DNA of 64,000 nucleotides from Candidatus Staskawiczbacteria bacterium RIFOXYC1_FULL_38_18 (GCA_001822095.1 MHPP01000014.1:1662-65661); one strand, 5' to 3'; shown: positions 27,609 through 36,903, counted from the first letter of the stretch. The notes: generated by a model from the letters alone, not told the origin. Numbers and translations: made by a program.

Positions 27609-29615
27609 ATGAAGAAAAATTTAAAAAGAATTTTAATAAAATTTTTCGCATTTGTTGCGATTATGAGTTTTGCTTGTAATCCAGTTTTGATCTTAGCTAA
27701 AACCGCCAGCGTCGCCTCGGAATTTGCGCCAAACGCGGGCTGGCTTCCTGTTGCCGGGGACTGGGATGGAGACGGCACAGCAACAATTGGGCTCTATAAC
27801 CTAAAAACTTCTATTTTCTACTTGAGGAATTCCAACACAACAGGCGTTGCCGATATCACTTTTGGATATGGCGCGCCAAACGCGGGCTGGCTTCCTGTTG
27901 CCGGGGACTGGGACAAAAACAAAACAGCCTCCATCGGTCTGTATAACCCGTTAACATCGGTATTCACGCTGAGAAATTCAAATACAACGGGTATTGCCGA
28001 TATCACTTTTGGATATGGCGCGCCGAACGCGGGCTGGCTTCCTGTTGCAGGGGACTGGGATGGAGACGGCACAGCAACAATTGCTTTATATGATTCGCTT
28101 TCATCAACTTTTTATTTAAGAAATTCAAACACTTCAGGATATGCGGACGCGACGTTTAGTTACGGTGTTGAGGACGCGGGCTGGCTTCCTGTTGCCGGGG
28201 ACTGGGATGGAGACGGCACAGCAACAATTGGGCTCTATGATTCCACTGCGTCGATATTTATGCTAAAAAACCAAAATACTTCGGGCGTTGCCGATATCAC
28301 TTTTGGATATGGCGCGCCGAACGCGGGCTGGCTTCCTGTTGCCGGGGACTGGGATGGAGACGGCACAGCAACAATTGGGCTCTATGACCCAAAAACTTCT
28401 ATTTTCTACTTGAGGAATTCCAACACAACAGGCGTTGCCGATATCACTTTTGGATATGGCGCGCCGTTTGAACCATTAATACCGGGCAACTTAATTCTCA
28501 ATCCCTCAATGGAAAGCGGTTCTTCTGCGCCAGATAATTGGCATGGCGAATTTTGGGGCTCAAACAATGTTATTTTTTCCTATCCAACAACTGGTCACAC
28601 GGGTAACGGCTCCAGTATAGCAACTCCGTCCTATACAGACGGTGACGCGAAATGGCGTTTTGACGACGTTAAGGTTGTCCCCTCACAACAGTATGTTTTT
28701 TCCGATTTTTACAAATCAACCATTAAAACAACTGTGACATTAAGATTTACCCTAAATGACGGGACGTTCCTTTATGCTGATATGGGATATCCCGAACCTT
28801 CTACTGATTGGAGCCAATTTTCGGGCTCGTTTGTAGCTCCACTAAATGCAGTTTCGGTTACGGTTTTTCATTTAATAAATTCCGCCGGTTATTTATCTGT
28901 TGATGACTTCTTTCTGGCTGGAGCTTCTCCTGGTACCGCTTTTCCGCAAGGAATGATATCAATAAATTTTGACGACGCATGGACAAGCGCATATCAAAAC
29001 GCGTTTCCGGTTCTTGATGTTTTTGGAATAAAGGCAACGGAATATGCTATATCGGGCGCGATTGGCGACACAGCAAATGGCTATATGACACAGGGTCAAT
29101 TATTGGACCTGCAGAATCGTGGACACGAAATTGAAGCGCATTCAAAAACCCATCTCGACCTAACAACCTTAACGCAGGCCCAGATGACCGATGAAATTTT
29201 GGGATCAAAACAGGCGCTGGAAGCGATGGGTTTTAAAACAATCACTTCTTTTGATTATCCTTATGGCGCCTATAATTCAGCAGTAACACAAACTGTTAAA
29301 AATGCCGGTTATCTCGGCGCCAGAACAGCCGACAATTATGAGCAGGATATAGGCGACAATTATGCTAGCCAAGACCCGTATTTGTTAAAAACCCAGGTTG
29401 TGGTTTCAACCACCCCAATAAGCATAATTCAGCAATGGATTAACAATGCAATTGTAAGCAAAACATGGCTGATACTTGTTTTTCATAAAGTTGACAACAG
29501 CGGAGAACAATATAGTTACACCCCGATGCAATTTTCGCAGGTGGTTGATTATATAAACCAGACGAAAATAAAATTCATCACAATGACTGAGGGATTGGGC
29601 TTGCTTGCGAACTAA
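27609..29615 (+). CDS. Secreted protein with six FG-GAP/VCBS-like repeats and C-terminal polysaccharide deacetylase (NodB/CE4) domain
   Basis: A signal peptide is present. The unit PNAGWLPVAGDWDGDGTATIGLYD is repeated six times. The C-terminal NodB motifs are ISINFDDAW and GHEIEAHSKTH. Confidence 0.65.
   Translation: MKKNLKRILIKFFAFVAIMSFACNPVLILAKTASVASEFAPNAGWLPVAGDWDGDGTATIGLYNLKTSIFYLRNSNTTGVADITFGYGAPNAGWLPVAGDWDKNKTASIGLYNPLTSVFTLRNSNTTGIADITFGYGAPNAGWLPVAGDWDGDGTATIALYDSLSSTFYLRNSNTSGYADATFSYGVEDAGWLPVAGDWDGDGTATIGLYDSTASIFMLKNQNTSGVADITFGYGAPNAGWLPVAGDWDGDGTATIGLYDPKTSIFYLRNSNTTGVADITFGYGAPFEPLIPGNLILNPSMESGSSAPDNWHGEFWGSNNVIFSYPTTGHTGNGSSIATPSYTDGDAKWRFDDVKVVPSQQYVFSDFYKSTIKTTVTLRFTLNDGTFLYADMGYPEPSTDWSQFSGSFVAPLNAVSVTVFHLINSAGYLSVDDFFLAGASPGTAFPQGMISINFDDAWTSAYQNAFPVLDVFGIKATEYAISGAIGDTANGYMTQGQLLDLQNRGHEIEAHSKTHLDLTTLTQAQMTDEILGSKQALEAMGFKTITSFDYPYGAYNSAVTQTVKNAGYLGARTADNYEQDIGDNYASQDPYLLKTQVVVSTTPISIIQQWINNAIVSKTWLILVFHKVDNSGEQYSYTPMQFSQVVDYINQTKIKFITMTEGLGLLAN
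27712..28470 (+). repeat. Six tandem, near-identical ~150-bp intragenic repeats
   Basis: Near-identical nucleotide blocks (gcgccaaacgcgggctggcttcctgttgccggggactgggatggagacggcacagcaacaattgggctctat...) recur at a ~150-bp period. Confidence 0.8.
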
Positions 29616-29626
29616 GTTATATAAAA

Positions 29627-29670
29627 AACCAGCACGCTTTATTGTTAACATGCTGGTTTTTTGTTATAAT
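29627..29670 (+). terminator. Rho-independent terminator overlapping a TTGTTA-17-TATAAT promoter for the next gene
   Basis: The accagcacg...catgctggt hairpin is followed by TTTTTT. The -35 TTGTTA lies in the loop and TATAAT lies after the T-tract. Confidence 0.55.
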
Positions 29671-29700
29671 TAAAATAGTATTATTAGTAAAATTAAAAAA

Positions 29701-30085
29701 TATGGAAACAGCAAATTTTTTATCAGCTATTCTTGGGCTTTTTTTGGTTTTTATTCCTTTGTCGCTGCTTATGAATCCAAAAAAAATAAAAACATTATTT
29801 TCCGCAATGGAAAATGACGTTACGGCCTACACATGTGGCGTTGTTTCATTTGTTTTAGGGTCAGCCACGGTTTTGCTTAACAACGTTTGGGCATATGACT
29901 GGCGGACTCTTATAACAATTTTTGGCTGGATTTTGATTATTCGCGGGCTTGTTTTAATGTTTTGGCAGGAAGGGGCGTTAATGTTTATACGTAAAATTAA
30001 GGACAAGGAACGGCTTTCTTACGCCCTATTGGCCGCTGTATTTTTGGGGCTAATTCTTGTTTATTTTGGTTTTGTTGGGAAATAG
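29701..30085 (+). CDS. Hypothetical 4-TM membrane protein
   Basis: The ORF starts after the terminator/promoter. Four hydrophobic helices are present. No recognisable domain. Confidence 0.4.
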
Positions 30086-30140
30086 CAGATTGTATTGTTG
30101 GTTTTTATTTGGTATAAGGAATAAATAAAATAGTATTTAT

Positions 30141-31337
30141 ATGATTTCAATTACTCCCAAAAAAATTATAATAACAACCATGGTAATCGCGTGCGCGGGA
30201 GGCGTTTTTGTCGGAGGAGCTTTTTTTGGGAGAAAAATGACCTACCAAGTCCCGCAGTCGGGGACGATAGACTTTTCCCTTTTTTGGGACTCTTACAACA
30301 AGCTTCAACAAAATTTTTTTGACCCGTCAAAAATTGACAGCCAGAAAATAATTTACGGGGCAATTGAAGGAATGGCAAAATCCCTTGACGACCCATATAC
30401 TTCGTTTTTTAACCCCGAAGAGGCGCAGAAATTTATGCAGGATTTGTCTGGGTCTTTTGAAGGCATTGGAGCCGAAATTGGAATTAAGAAGGAACAACTG
30501 ACAATTGTGGCGCCCCTAGAAGGAAGTCCGGCGCAAGCGTCCGGAATAAAAGCCGGAGACGTGATTATAAAAATTGATAACACCGAGGCGTCTGACCTGA
30601 CAACCGACGAAGCTGTTGGTTTAATTCGCGGAGCAAAGGGCACTGTGGTTACCCTAACGATTTTTAGAACAGGGTGGTCTGCCGCAAAAGATTTTAAAAT
30701 AACAAGGGACACAATTATTGTGCATCCTGCAAAATGGTCGCTCAAGAATGGAAATGTTGCCTATATCCAAATTACCCAGTTTGACGAGAACCTTGTTGCC
30801 GACTTCCAAAAGACAGTGGCCGAAATTTTACAAAGCCCCGCAGAAAAAATAGTTCTGGATTTAAGAAATAATCCTGGCGGATACCTTGAGGTTGCCCAAA
30901 ATATTGCGGGCTGGTTTTTGGAAAAAGGGCAGATTGTCACAATTGAAGACTTTGGTGGGAAAAAGGAGCAACAACTCTATAAGTCAGACGGAACAGCCGA
31001 GCTTTTGGGATACCCGATTGTTGTGTTAATAAACGAGGGTTCTGCTTCTGCGTCAGAGATATTGGCCGGATCAATAAGGGATAACAAGGGAGCCAAGCTT
31101 ATTGGAACAAAATCCTTTGGCAAAGGTTCTGTGCAGGAAATTTTAGATTTGCGGGGCGGGTCGTTTTTAAAAATAACAATTGCCAAATGGCTTACCCCGA
31201 AAGGTGCGTCAATTTCCGAGGTTGGCTTGTCTCCGGACGTTAAGGTTGATATTACCGATGAAGATGTGGAACAAGACAAAGACCCGCAACTTGATAAAGC
31301 CCTTGAAATTGTTAAATCTATCCCCACAGGAAAATAG
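30141..31337 (+). CDS. Carboxyl-terminal processing peptidase (S41 family, CtpA/Tsp-like) with PDZ domain
   Basis: An N-terminal anchor and a PDZ domain (GIKAGDVIIKID) are present. The S41 catalytic block GSASASEILAGSIRDNKGAKLIGTKSFGKGSVQ is present. Confidence 0.8.
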   Translation: MISITPKKIIITTMVIACAGGVFVGGAFFGRKMTYQVPQSGTIDFSLFWDSYNKLQQNFFDPSKIDSQKIIYGAIEGMAKSLDDPYTSFFNPEEAQKFMQDLSGSFEGIGAEIGIKKEQLTIVAPLEGSPAQASGIKAGDVIIKIDNTEASDLTTDEAVGLIRGAKGTVVTLTIFRTGWSAAKDFKITRDTIIVHPAKWSLKNGNVAYIQITQFDENLVADFQKTVAEILQSPAEKIVLDLRNNPGGYLEVAQNIAGWFLEKGQIVTIEDFGGKKEQQLYKSDGTAELLGYPIVVLINEGSASASEILAGSIRDNKGAKLIGTKSFGKGSVQEILDLRGGSFLKITIAKWLTPKGASISEVGLSPDVKVDITDEDVEQDKDPQLDKALEIVKSIPTGK

Positions 31338-31405
31338 AAGCTACTTTAATTTGAGACTCCCAGTAAATTGCAGAGACGAAAGATACAATTAAAAGTAAAT
31401 CAATT

Positions 31406-31432
31406 AAGCCCGAATAAAATTGGGCTTTTTTG
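31406..31432 (+). terminator. Rho-independent terminator
   Basis: aagcccgaataaaattgggctt is followed by TTTTTT. Confidence 0.7.
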
Positions 31433-31497
31433 TTATTATTGAATTCAAAACCAAAAAGTGCTAATTTTAATAAATAAAATAGGTAATAAATAAAAAT

Positions 31498-31890
31498 ATG
31501 AAATCTATTGTAATATGTGGAAGTTCTCGTTTTACAGAAGAAGCGAGGCAATTCGCAACTAAATTAAAAGAATTGGGTGTTATCGTATATGAGCCTCATT
31601 TTTACAGAGCTTCTGGTGGAAACTGGGCGGAAGTAAAAGATTTTGATAAAAAGTTTGTGGCTTTAGGTTTGGTGCACGACCATTTCCAAAAAATGAGATT
31701 AGCGGATGTAATTTATATTTATAACAAAGACGGATATGCAGGAGTAAGCACAAACATAGAAATAGGTTTTGCTATGGGTTTGAACAAGCCAATTTATGCC
31801 TTTTGTGAAAATGACGAAGAACCGCACAGAAAAGTTTTATTCAATAAAATTGTTTCAACCCCAGAAGAGTTATTAAAATTATTAAATTAA
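31498..31890 (+). CDS. DNPH1/Rcl-like 2'-deoxynucleoside 5'-phosphate N-hydrolase (nucleoside 2-deoxyribosyltransferase superfamily), paralog 1
   Basis: An N-terminal IVICGSSRF motif (DNPH1: YFCGSIRGG) and the C-terminal ADVIYIY...STNIEIGFAMGLNKPIYAF block (DNPH1: ADVVVAEVTQPSLGVGYELGRAVAFNKRILCLF), with a catalytic Glu. Confidence 0.55.
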   Translation: MKSIVICGSSRFTEEARQFATKLKELGVIVYEPHFYRASGGNWAEVKDFDKKFVALGLVHDHFQKMRLADVIYIYNKDGYAGVSTNIEIGFAMGLNKPIYAFCENDEEPHRKVLFNKIVSTPEELLKLLN

Positions 31891-31897
31891 ATAAAAA

Positions 31898-32470
31898 ATG
31901 AAAATAATTTTAGGTACAACCTCACCATATCGCATAGAAGCATTTAAGTTTTTGGAAATTGATTTTACAGCAGAGGGAAGCAAAGTGGACGAGTCTCAAG
32001 TAGACAGAAATAATCCAGAAGAATTAGTAAAAGAATTATCAAAATTAAAAGCAGAAGCAGTCGCAAAAAATCACAGTGATGCGATTATTATCGGGATGGA
32101 TTCAGTAGGCTATTTTAACGGAAAAATTCTTGAAAAACCAAAATCAAGAGAAGAAGGTTTTGAAAGATTAAAATCTCTTTCAGGAAACAATCACCAGTTT
32201 TATACTGGAATTCACATAGTAAATACCGCCTCAAATAAGGTAATTTCTAAAATAGTAAAAACAGAAATTTATTTAAGGAATTTTTCAGAAAAAGAAATTG
32301 AAACCTATCTCAACCAAGATAAATTCTATAATACTTACGCTCTTGGATATGACCCTTTGGGACATTACAGCTCAACTTTTGCCGAAAGGATAGAAGGAAG
32401 CTATAACAATTTTTTGAGAGGTATCCCTCTTGAAATTATGCCAGATTTAATTACTAATGCAAACAATTAA
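31898..32470 (+). CDS. maf: Maf-family nucleoside triphosphate pyrophosphatase
   Basis: KIILGTTSPYRIEAF, IIIGMDSVGYFNGKILEKP and the SGNNHQFYTGIHI blocks are typical of Maf/YhdE. Confidence 0.8.
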   Translation: MKIILGTTSPYRIEAFKFLEIDFTAEGSKVDESQVDRNNPEELVKELSKLKAEAVAKNHSDAIIIGMDSVGYFNGKILEKPKSREEGFERLKSLSGNNHQFYTGIHIVNTASNKVISKIVKTEIYLRNFSEKEIETYLNQDKFYNTYALGYDPLGHYSSTFAERIEGSYNNFLRGIPLEIMPDLITNANN

Positions 32471-32471
32471 A

Positions 32472-32897
32472 ATGAAAATAGCAATCGTTGGCAGTTCTCA
32501 TTTTTGCACAGAAATGGTTGAATATAGGGATAAATTGAAAGCTTTGGGACACGAATGTGAGTTGCACGAGCATTATGTTGCCAGGGCAAGCGGTCAAATG
32601 AGAGAATTGTGGGAGAGAATGCAAAAGGAACACGCAAAAGTTAAAATTGAGCACGATTATATCAGGTATCACTACAACGAAATTCTTAACAGCGATGCGG
32701 TTTTGGTTTTGAATTTTGACAAAAATGGAATCAAAAATTATATTGGTGGCAATACCTTGATAGAAATGGGTCAAGCGTATGTTAATAATAAAAAGATTTT
32801 TTTGTTAAATCCTATACCAGATATGCAATACAAAGAGGAAATTGAGGCATTGCAACCAGTTGTAATTAGTAGCAATCTTGATTTAATAAAGATATGA
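32472..32897 (+). CDS. DNPH1/Rcl-like N-hydrolase, paralog 2
   Basis: KIAIVGSSHF and DAVLVLNFDKNG...GGNTLIEMGQAYVNNKKIFLL are paralogous to the 31498 gene. Confidence 0.55.
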   Translation: MKIAIVGSSHFCTEMVEYRDKLKALGHECELHEHYVARASGQMRELWERMQKEHAKVKIEHDYIRYHYNEILNSDAVLVLNFDKNGIKNYIGGNTLIEMGQAYVNNKKIFLLNPIPDMQYKEEIEALQPVVISSNLDLIKI

Positions 32898-33457
32898 ACA
32901 CTAAATTATTAAAACATACAAAAGAACACTGCTTAAAAACTCTTGCGAAAAATAAAGTTTCTTTTGGTTCTGCAAAAGCCGACTCATATCTCCCAGGACA
33001 TATTAACGAGGTTGAAAAGTGTGTGGAAAGAATTATTAAAGATTATCCAGCAGATAGAGAAATAGTTTTATTATCTGTTTATTTGCACGACATTGGACAC
33101 GCACTTGGAAATCATAAAGACCACGAATTAAAGTCCGAAGCCGAAGCAAAGCGTTTTCTAAAAAAGATGGGTTTGATTGAAGACAAAATAAACAGGGTCG
33201 CTCACTGTGTAAGAGCTCACAGGTGCAAAGATGTTCAACCCGAAACCGTAGAGGCAAAGATTTTGGCAACAGCCGATTCTTTAAGCCATATGACAGATGG
33301 TTGCTATATGGATATGTTAATTGATAGAAGAAAGGATTTGGCACTTGGAAAACTTGAAAGGGATTATAGAGATATTGGCTTGTTTCCAAAAATAAAAAAA
33401 GAAATTATGCCCGTTTACAAAGCTTGGAAAGAATTGATAGAAGTATATCCTGAATGA
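32894..33457 (+). CDS. HD-domain phosphohydrolase
   Basis: The H...HD...H...D motif pattern is present (LSVYLHDIGHALG, AHCVRAHRC, LATADSLSHM). Confidence 0.7.
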   Translation: MNTKLLKHTKEHCLKTLAKNKVSFGSAKADSYLPGHINEVEKCVERIIKDYPADREIVLLSVYLHDIGHALGNHKDHELKSEAEAKRFLKKMGLIEDKINRVAHCVRAHRCKDVQPETVEAKILATADSLSHMTDGCYMDMLIDRRKDLALGKLERDYRDIGLFPKIKKEIMPVYKAWKELIEVYPE

Positions 33458-33458
33458 T

Positions 33459-34607
33459 ATGGAAAACGATGAACAACCAGAGATAATAGTAAAATTTATT
33501 AATGAAACAGGCGGAAAAAAATTATCCGAAAAGGAAAAGCGATTACGTTATTCTGTTAGGGTATGGAAAAAAAGATTAAAAAGGAGGAAAGTAATAGAAA
33601 GACGTAAAAAACACATAAGACGTCTTTTACAGGGAAAACCTCTTTCTCTTCATAATGACATCAAAACGAGGGTGAGATATAATGATGTAAGAGCCCCTGA
33701 AGATTTTTCTTTTTTGACAAACACGGAGGAGACAATAGATTTTTTGAATAGGATAGAATCTTATTTTAACAAACGCAAGCAGGTGTTCGTTGTTCTTAAA
33801 AATGTAAAAAATATCGACCATAGTGCCATAACAGTTTTACTTTCATTAATGTATAAATTTAGAGTCGCCAAAATAAAATTCAATGGCGATTTTCCTGATG
33901 ATTTAAAGGTGAAGGAAACAATCGTTGATTCCCAGTTTTTTAGAAAATTATTGTCTCCAATGTCGTCAGATATGGGTAATGATTATACTATGACAAAAAA
34001 TAATCAAATTTTTGCCAGAGCAAACACAATAGTTGTTTCAGAAATGGGAGAAAAAATTATGGAGGAATCCACGAAAACAATTTGGGGAGAGAGGAGAATA
34101 TGTAAGGGATTGCAAAAGACTTTGATTGAATTAATGCACAATACTAACAATCACGCCTCAAGAAGTGAGGACAACCAGGAGCACTGGTGGTTATCTGTTA
34201 ACCACGATAAAGAAAACAAAAAGGTTGATTTCTATTTTGTAGATTATGGACAGGGTATTCTTAGAAGTCTTGAAAGAAAATCTAATCCTAAAATATGGAA
34301 CAATTTTTGGGATAATTTTAAAAAGATGATAGACTTAGGGTCAGAACAAAAGGTCATCGAATGTCTCTTAAACGGAGAGCATTGGAGCCCAGAGCAAAGA
34401 ATACAGCCATATTATAGGGGAAAAGGATTGCCTAGCATAAAAGATTCCTTGAGTAGGGGGCAAATAAGTGATTTGCAGATAATAACAAACAATACACGTT
34501 CTGAAGTCGATTCAAATAATTTTATTCATCTGTCGAAAAATTTTAATGGCACCTTCATCCATTGGAAGTTAGAAAAAAATAACGAAAATAAAATATGGAA
34601 TATATAA
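33459..34607 (+). CDS. STAS-like + GHKL (histidine-kinase-like) ATPase domain protein
   Basis: A central STAS-like block (KQVFVVLKNVKNIDHSAITVLLSLMYKFR) is present. The C-terminal Bergerat-fold boxes are the N-box (ELMHNTNNHA), G1 (VDYGQGI) and G2 (RGKGLPSI). The N-terminus is highly basic. Confidence 0.5.
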   Translation: MENDEQPEIIVKFINETGGKKLSEKEKRLRYSVRVWKKRLKRRKVIERRKKHIRRLLQGKPLSLHNDIKTRVRYNDVRAPEDFSFLTNTEETIDFLNRIESYFNKRKQVFVVLKNVKNIDHSAITVLLSLMYKFRVAKIKFNGDFPDDLKVKETIVDSQFFRKLLSPMSSDMGNDYTMTKNNQIFARANTIVVSEMGEKIMEESTKTIWGERRICKGLQKTLIELMHNTNNHASRSEDNQEHWWLSVNHDKENKKVDFYFVDYGQGILRSLERKSNPKIWNNFWDNFKKMIDLGSEQKVIECLLNGEHWSPEQRIQPYYRGKGLPSIKDSLSRGQISDLQIITNNTRSEVDSNNFIHLSKNFNGTFIHWKLEKNNENKIWNI

Positions 34608-34930
34608 AAATTTTAATAGCAAAAGATTTTTCAAAAACGCCTGGTCCTCGCTATAAAAAGGAGGGGTCTTTTTCCGCTGAGCTTTTTTTAGAACAGATAT
34701 TGGAGAAAAAGTTTACAGATATTTTGGAAAAGAAGGATAAAAAAATAATTATTGATTTGGACGGAACGCTTGGCTATGGAACAAGCTTTTTGGAGGAAAC
34801 TTTCGGAGGGCTTGCCAGAAAATATGGAGCGGATAAAGTGAGTGAAAAAATTGAAGTTGCCTCGAAAGAGGAGCCGTGGCTTTTGGAGGATATTAAGAGC
34901 TATATTGAAGATGTCAAAAAGCAATCCTGA
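34595..34930 (+). CDS. DUF4325-like STAS-fold protein
   Basis: IIIDLDGTLGYGTSFLEETFGGLARKYG resembles the DUF4325/STAS-like motif. The start overlaps the previous gene by 13 nt, suggesting translational coupling. Confidence 0.45.
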   Translation: MEYIKILIAKDFSKTPGPRYKKEGSFSAELFLEQILEKKFTDILEKKDKKIIIDLDGTLGYGTSFLEETFGGLARKYGADKVSEKIEVASKEEPWLLEDIKSYIEDVKKQS

Positions 34931-35534
34931 TGGAGTACTAATTTTTATAATAATCTTTTTGGTTGGGGCAATAATCGGCTCGTGCATTTCTCTTGCGTTT
35001 CTCAACAAATATTCAACTTCGCCATCTGTTTCGATAGACCCAATAGATGGTATTTCTATATTCGTTAACGTGTTATTGGTAATATATGTAACCAGGACGT
35101 TGACTCGCAAAAACGAAGAGGAGAGGGTCGAAAAAGAAATTTTAATAAAACAACTGCAAGATTTTCAGGATTGTCTCGATAACACTATTACTAGATTGCT
35201 TTCAACGGAAAAGCTAAAACTGGTTGCGGTTAATGCTAATCTTAAGACGCTTAGAAGGAATTTTAATTCAATTCGTGAGTTGCTTAAGAAATATAATTTT
35301 ATTTCACAAGCTGAAGATAATGATATTTGTAACACCATAGACGCAATTCTAAGAGACATTAAGGATTTTTTTACTGATACGCCAAGAACTGGAGAAAATG
35401 GGGAAAAGGATGTTGGAGTTAATCAAGACGAAATTTCCTTAGGAGCACAGAATAGGCAGGGGATAGATGATTCAACTATGAAGGCAAAAGGAAAAATCTT
35501 TGAATTGGTTGTATTAATAAACAGAAAAGAATAG
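34915..35534 (+). CDS. Hypothetical single-TM, coiled-coil protein (third gene of the module)
   Basis: An internal Met (MSKSNPDG) overlaps the upstream stop. One TM helix is followed by predicted helical/coiled-coil sequence. No recognisable domain. Confidence 0.4.
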
Positions 35535-35559
35535 ACGCTTATTTTTTATATTTTAGGGA

Positions 35560-35586
35560 GAAGAGGCAAAAGTGCCTCTTTTTTCG
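35560..35586 (+). terminator. Rho-independent terminator
   Basis: agaggcaaaagtgcctct is followed by TTTTTT. Confidence 0.7.
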
Positions 35587-35709
35587 TGTTTTTGGGGTTG
35601 GTAAGAGTCGGATATTTTGGAGTTTCACGACTTGCAAAAAATATCAATCCGTTGTAATGTTTTAATATCGTAGTTTCGTTTCAGGGCTCTTTCACAAGGG
35701 AGACAGAAA

Positions 35710-36039
35710 GTGGACGGAGCAATTCTTGACCAGTTGACTGGCAAACAATACGATTTGCCTGTCTTTGAAAACGATTTGGTGAGGGTTGAATCTGCTGGGA
35801 GAGTTATCCGAGTCGGTATCAAAGACCGAGGGATGGCTTTCTCTTGGTGGGAACCGACTCATCCCTTCTCTGGTAACCGCAGTCTACCGCAACAGCGAGG
35901 TTGGGATTTTCAAGTGGAAACCCCCAACGAGAATGAGACCAGAGCGATTTTTTCAAAGGGAAGCGTGAGGCACGTTCTCACGCTCACCTGCACAAACCCC
36001 AACGTGAAGCCCAAGACCATTGAAGTGAAGTGGGATTAA
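35710..36039 (+). CDS. Hypothetical protein (moderately GC-rich gene)
   Basis: A GTG start has a good SD (AAGGGAGA). The 109-aa ORF is GC-richer than its surroundings. Confidence 0.4.
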   Translation: MDGAILDQLTGKQYDLPVFENDLVRVESAGRVIRVGIKDRGMAFSWWEPTHPFSGNRSLPQQRGWDFQVETPNENETRAIFSKGSVRHVLTLTCTNPNVKPKTIEVKWD

Positions 36040-36065
36040 GTTTTCAATTTTGAAAGGAAACGGCA

Positions 36066-36338
36066 ATGACCACCGCAAGCGACATTAAGAACGTTGCACA
36101 AAGTACCGAAGAAAATCCTTCTCGACTTGGATGCTTCATCTTGAAACCTCCCGTGAGGCTCAAGTATAAGCCAAGTGGGAAAATCGTCACCGCTTCTATG
36201 GTGGATATCAGCGGGAAGTATCCCAACCACGTCCACACGGAAGAGATGGGATACTGGTATCCAGCCGATAAATTTGAAATCGGCACAGAAGTTATAACCG
36301 TGGAGCCAGCCCCGATTGAGGACTTGCTTAACTCGTAG
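36066..36338 (+). CDS. Hypothetical protein (moderately GC-rich gene)
   Basis: An ATG with an SD (AAAGGAAA). The 90-aa ORF is co-directional with the previous gene. Confidence 0.4.
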   Translation: MTTASDIKNVAQSTEENPSRLGCFILKPPVRLKYKPSGKIVTASMVDISGKYPNHVHTEEMGYWYPADKFEIGTEVITVEPAPIEDLLNS

Positions 36339-36463
36339 TTAAGTAGGTCCAACCCGAGATAACGGAAATCGAAATCATAGCCCAATGACGGAAACGTTAG
36401 CAGGCTCTTTTTTTACAAACGGATAAGCTCGCATTTTCATTTATTTTTTGGTAGGATAAAAAT

Positions 36464-36895
36464 ATGAACGATAAGGAAAAATTAGTATTTTTTGCAAAAC
36501 AAAATTTAGGCAAGCCGTATAAATACGGAGCAAAGCCATCAGAAGCTCCCAAGACTTTTGATTGTTCAAGTTTTGTTCAATATATTTACAAAAAAGTTGG
36601 TATAGCTTTGCCAAGGACAGCTCTTGAGCAGGCTCATCTTGGTAAAAAAGTTAAACCCAAAAGAGAGTATTTGCAAATAGGTGATTTGATATTTATAAAA
36701 GGTATGGTTGGTAGATATAATGAAGAGTTTCCGCAAGGAATAGGACACGTTGCAATGTATATCGGAGATGGCAAAATAATACAGGCTAAATATCAAAAAA
36801 ATAAAAATGGGTCTGATGGTGGAAAAGTACAGGTAGATTCAGTCGCAAAAATAATAAATAGAAAAAATTTGGTTGTCATAAAAAGAATAATTTAA
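36464..36895 (+). CDS. NlpC/P60 (C40) cell-wall peptidase
   Basis: The catalytic Cys block FDCSSFVQYIY and the His block GHVAMYIGDGKIIQA are present. Confidence 0.75.
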   Translation: MNDKEKLVFFAKQNLGKPYKYGAKPSEAPKTFDCSSFVQYIYKKVGIALPRTALEQAHLGKKVKPKREYLQIGDLIFIKGMVGRYNEEFPQGIGHVAMYIGDGKIIQAKYQKNKNGSDGGKVQVDSVAKIINRKNLVVIKRII

Positions 36896-36903
36896 TTAAA
36901 TTT

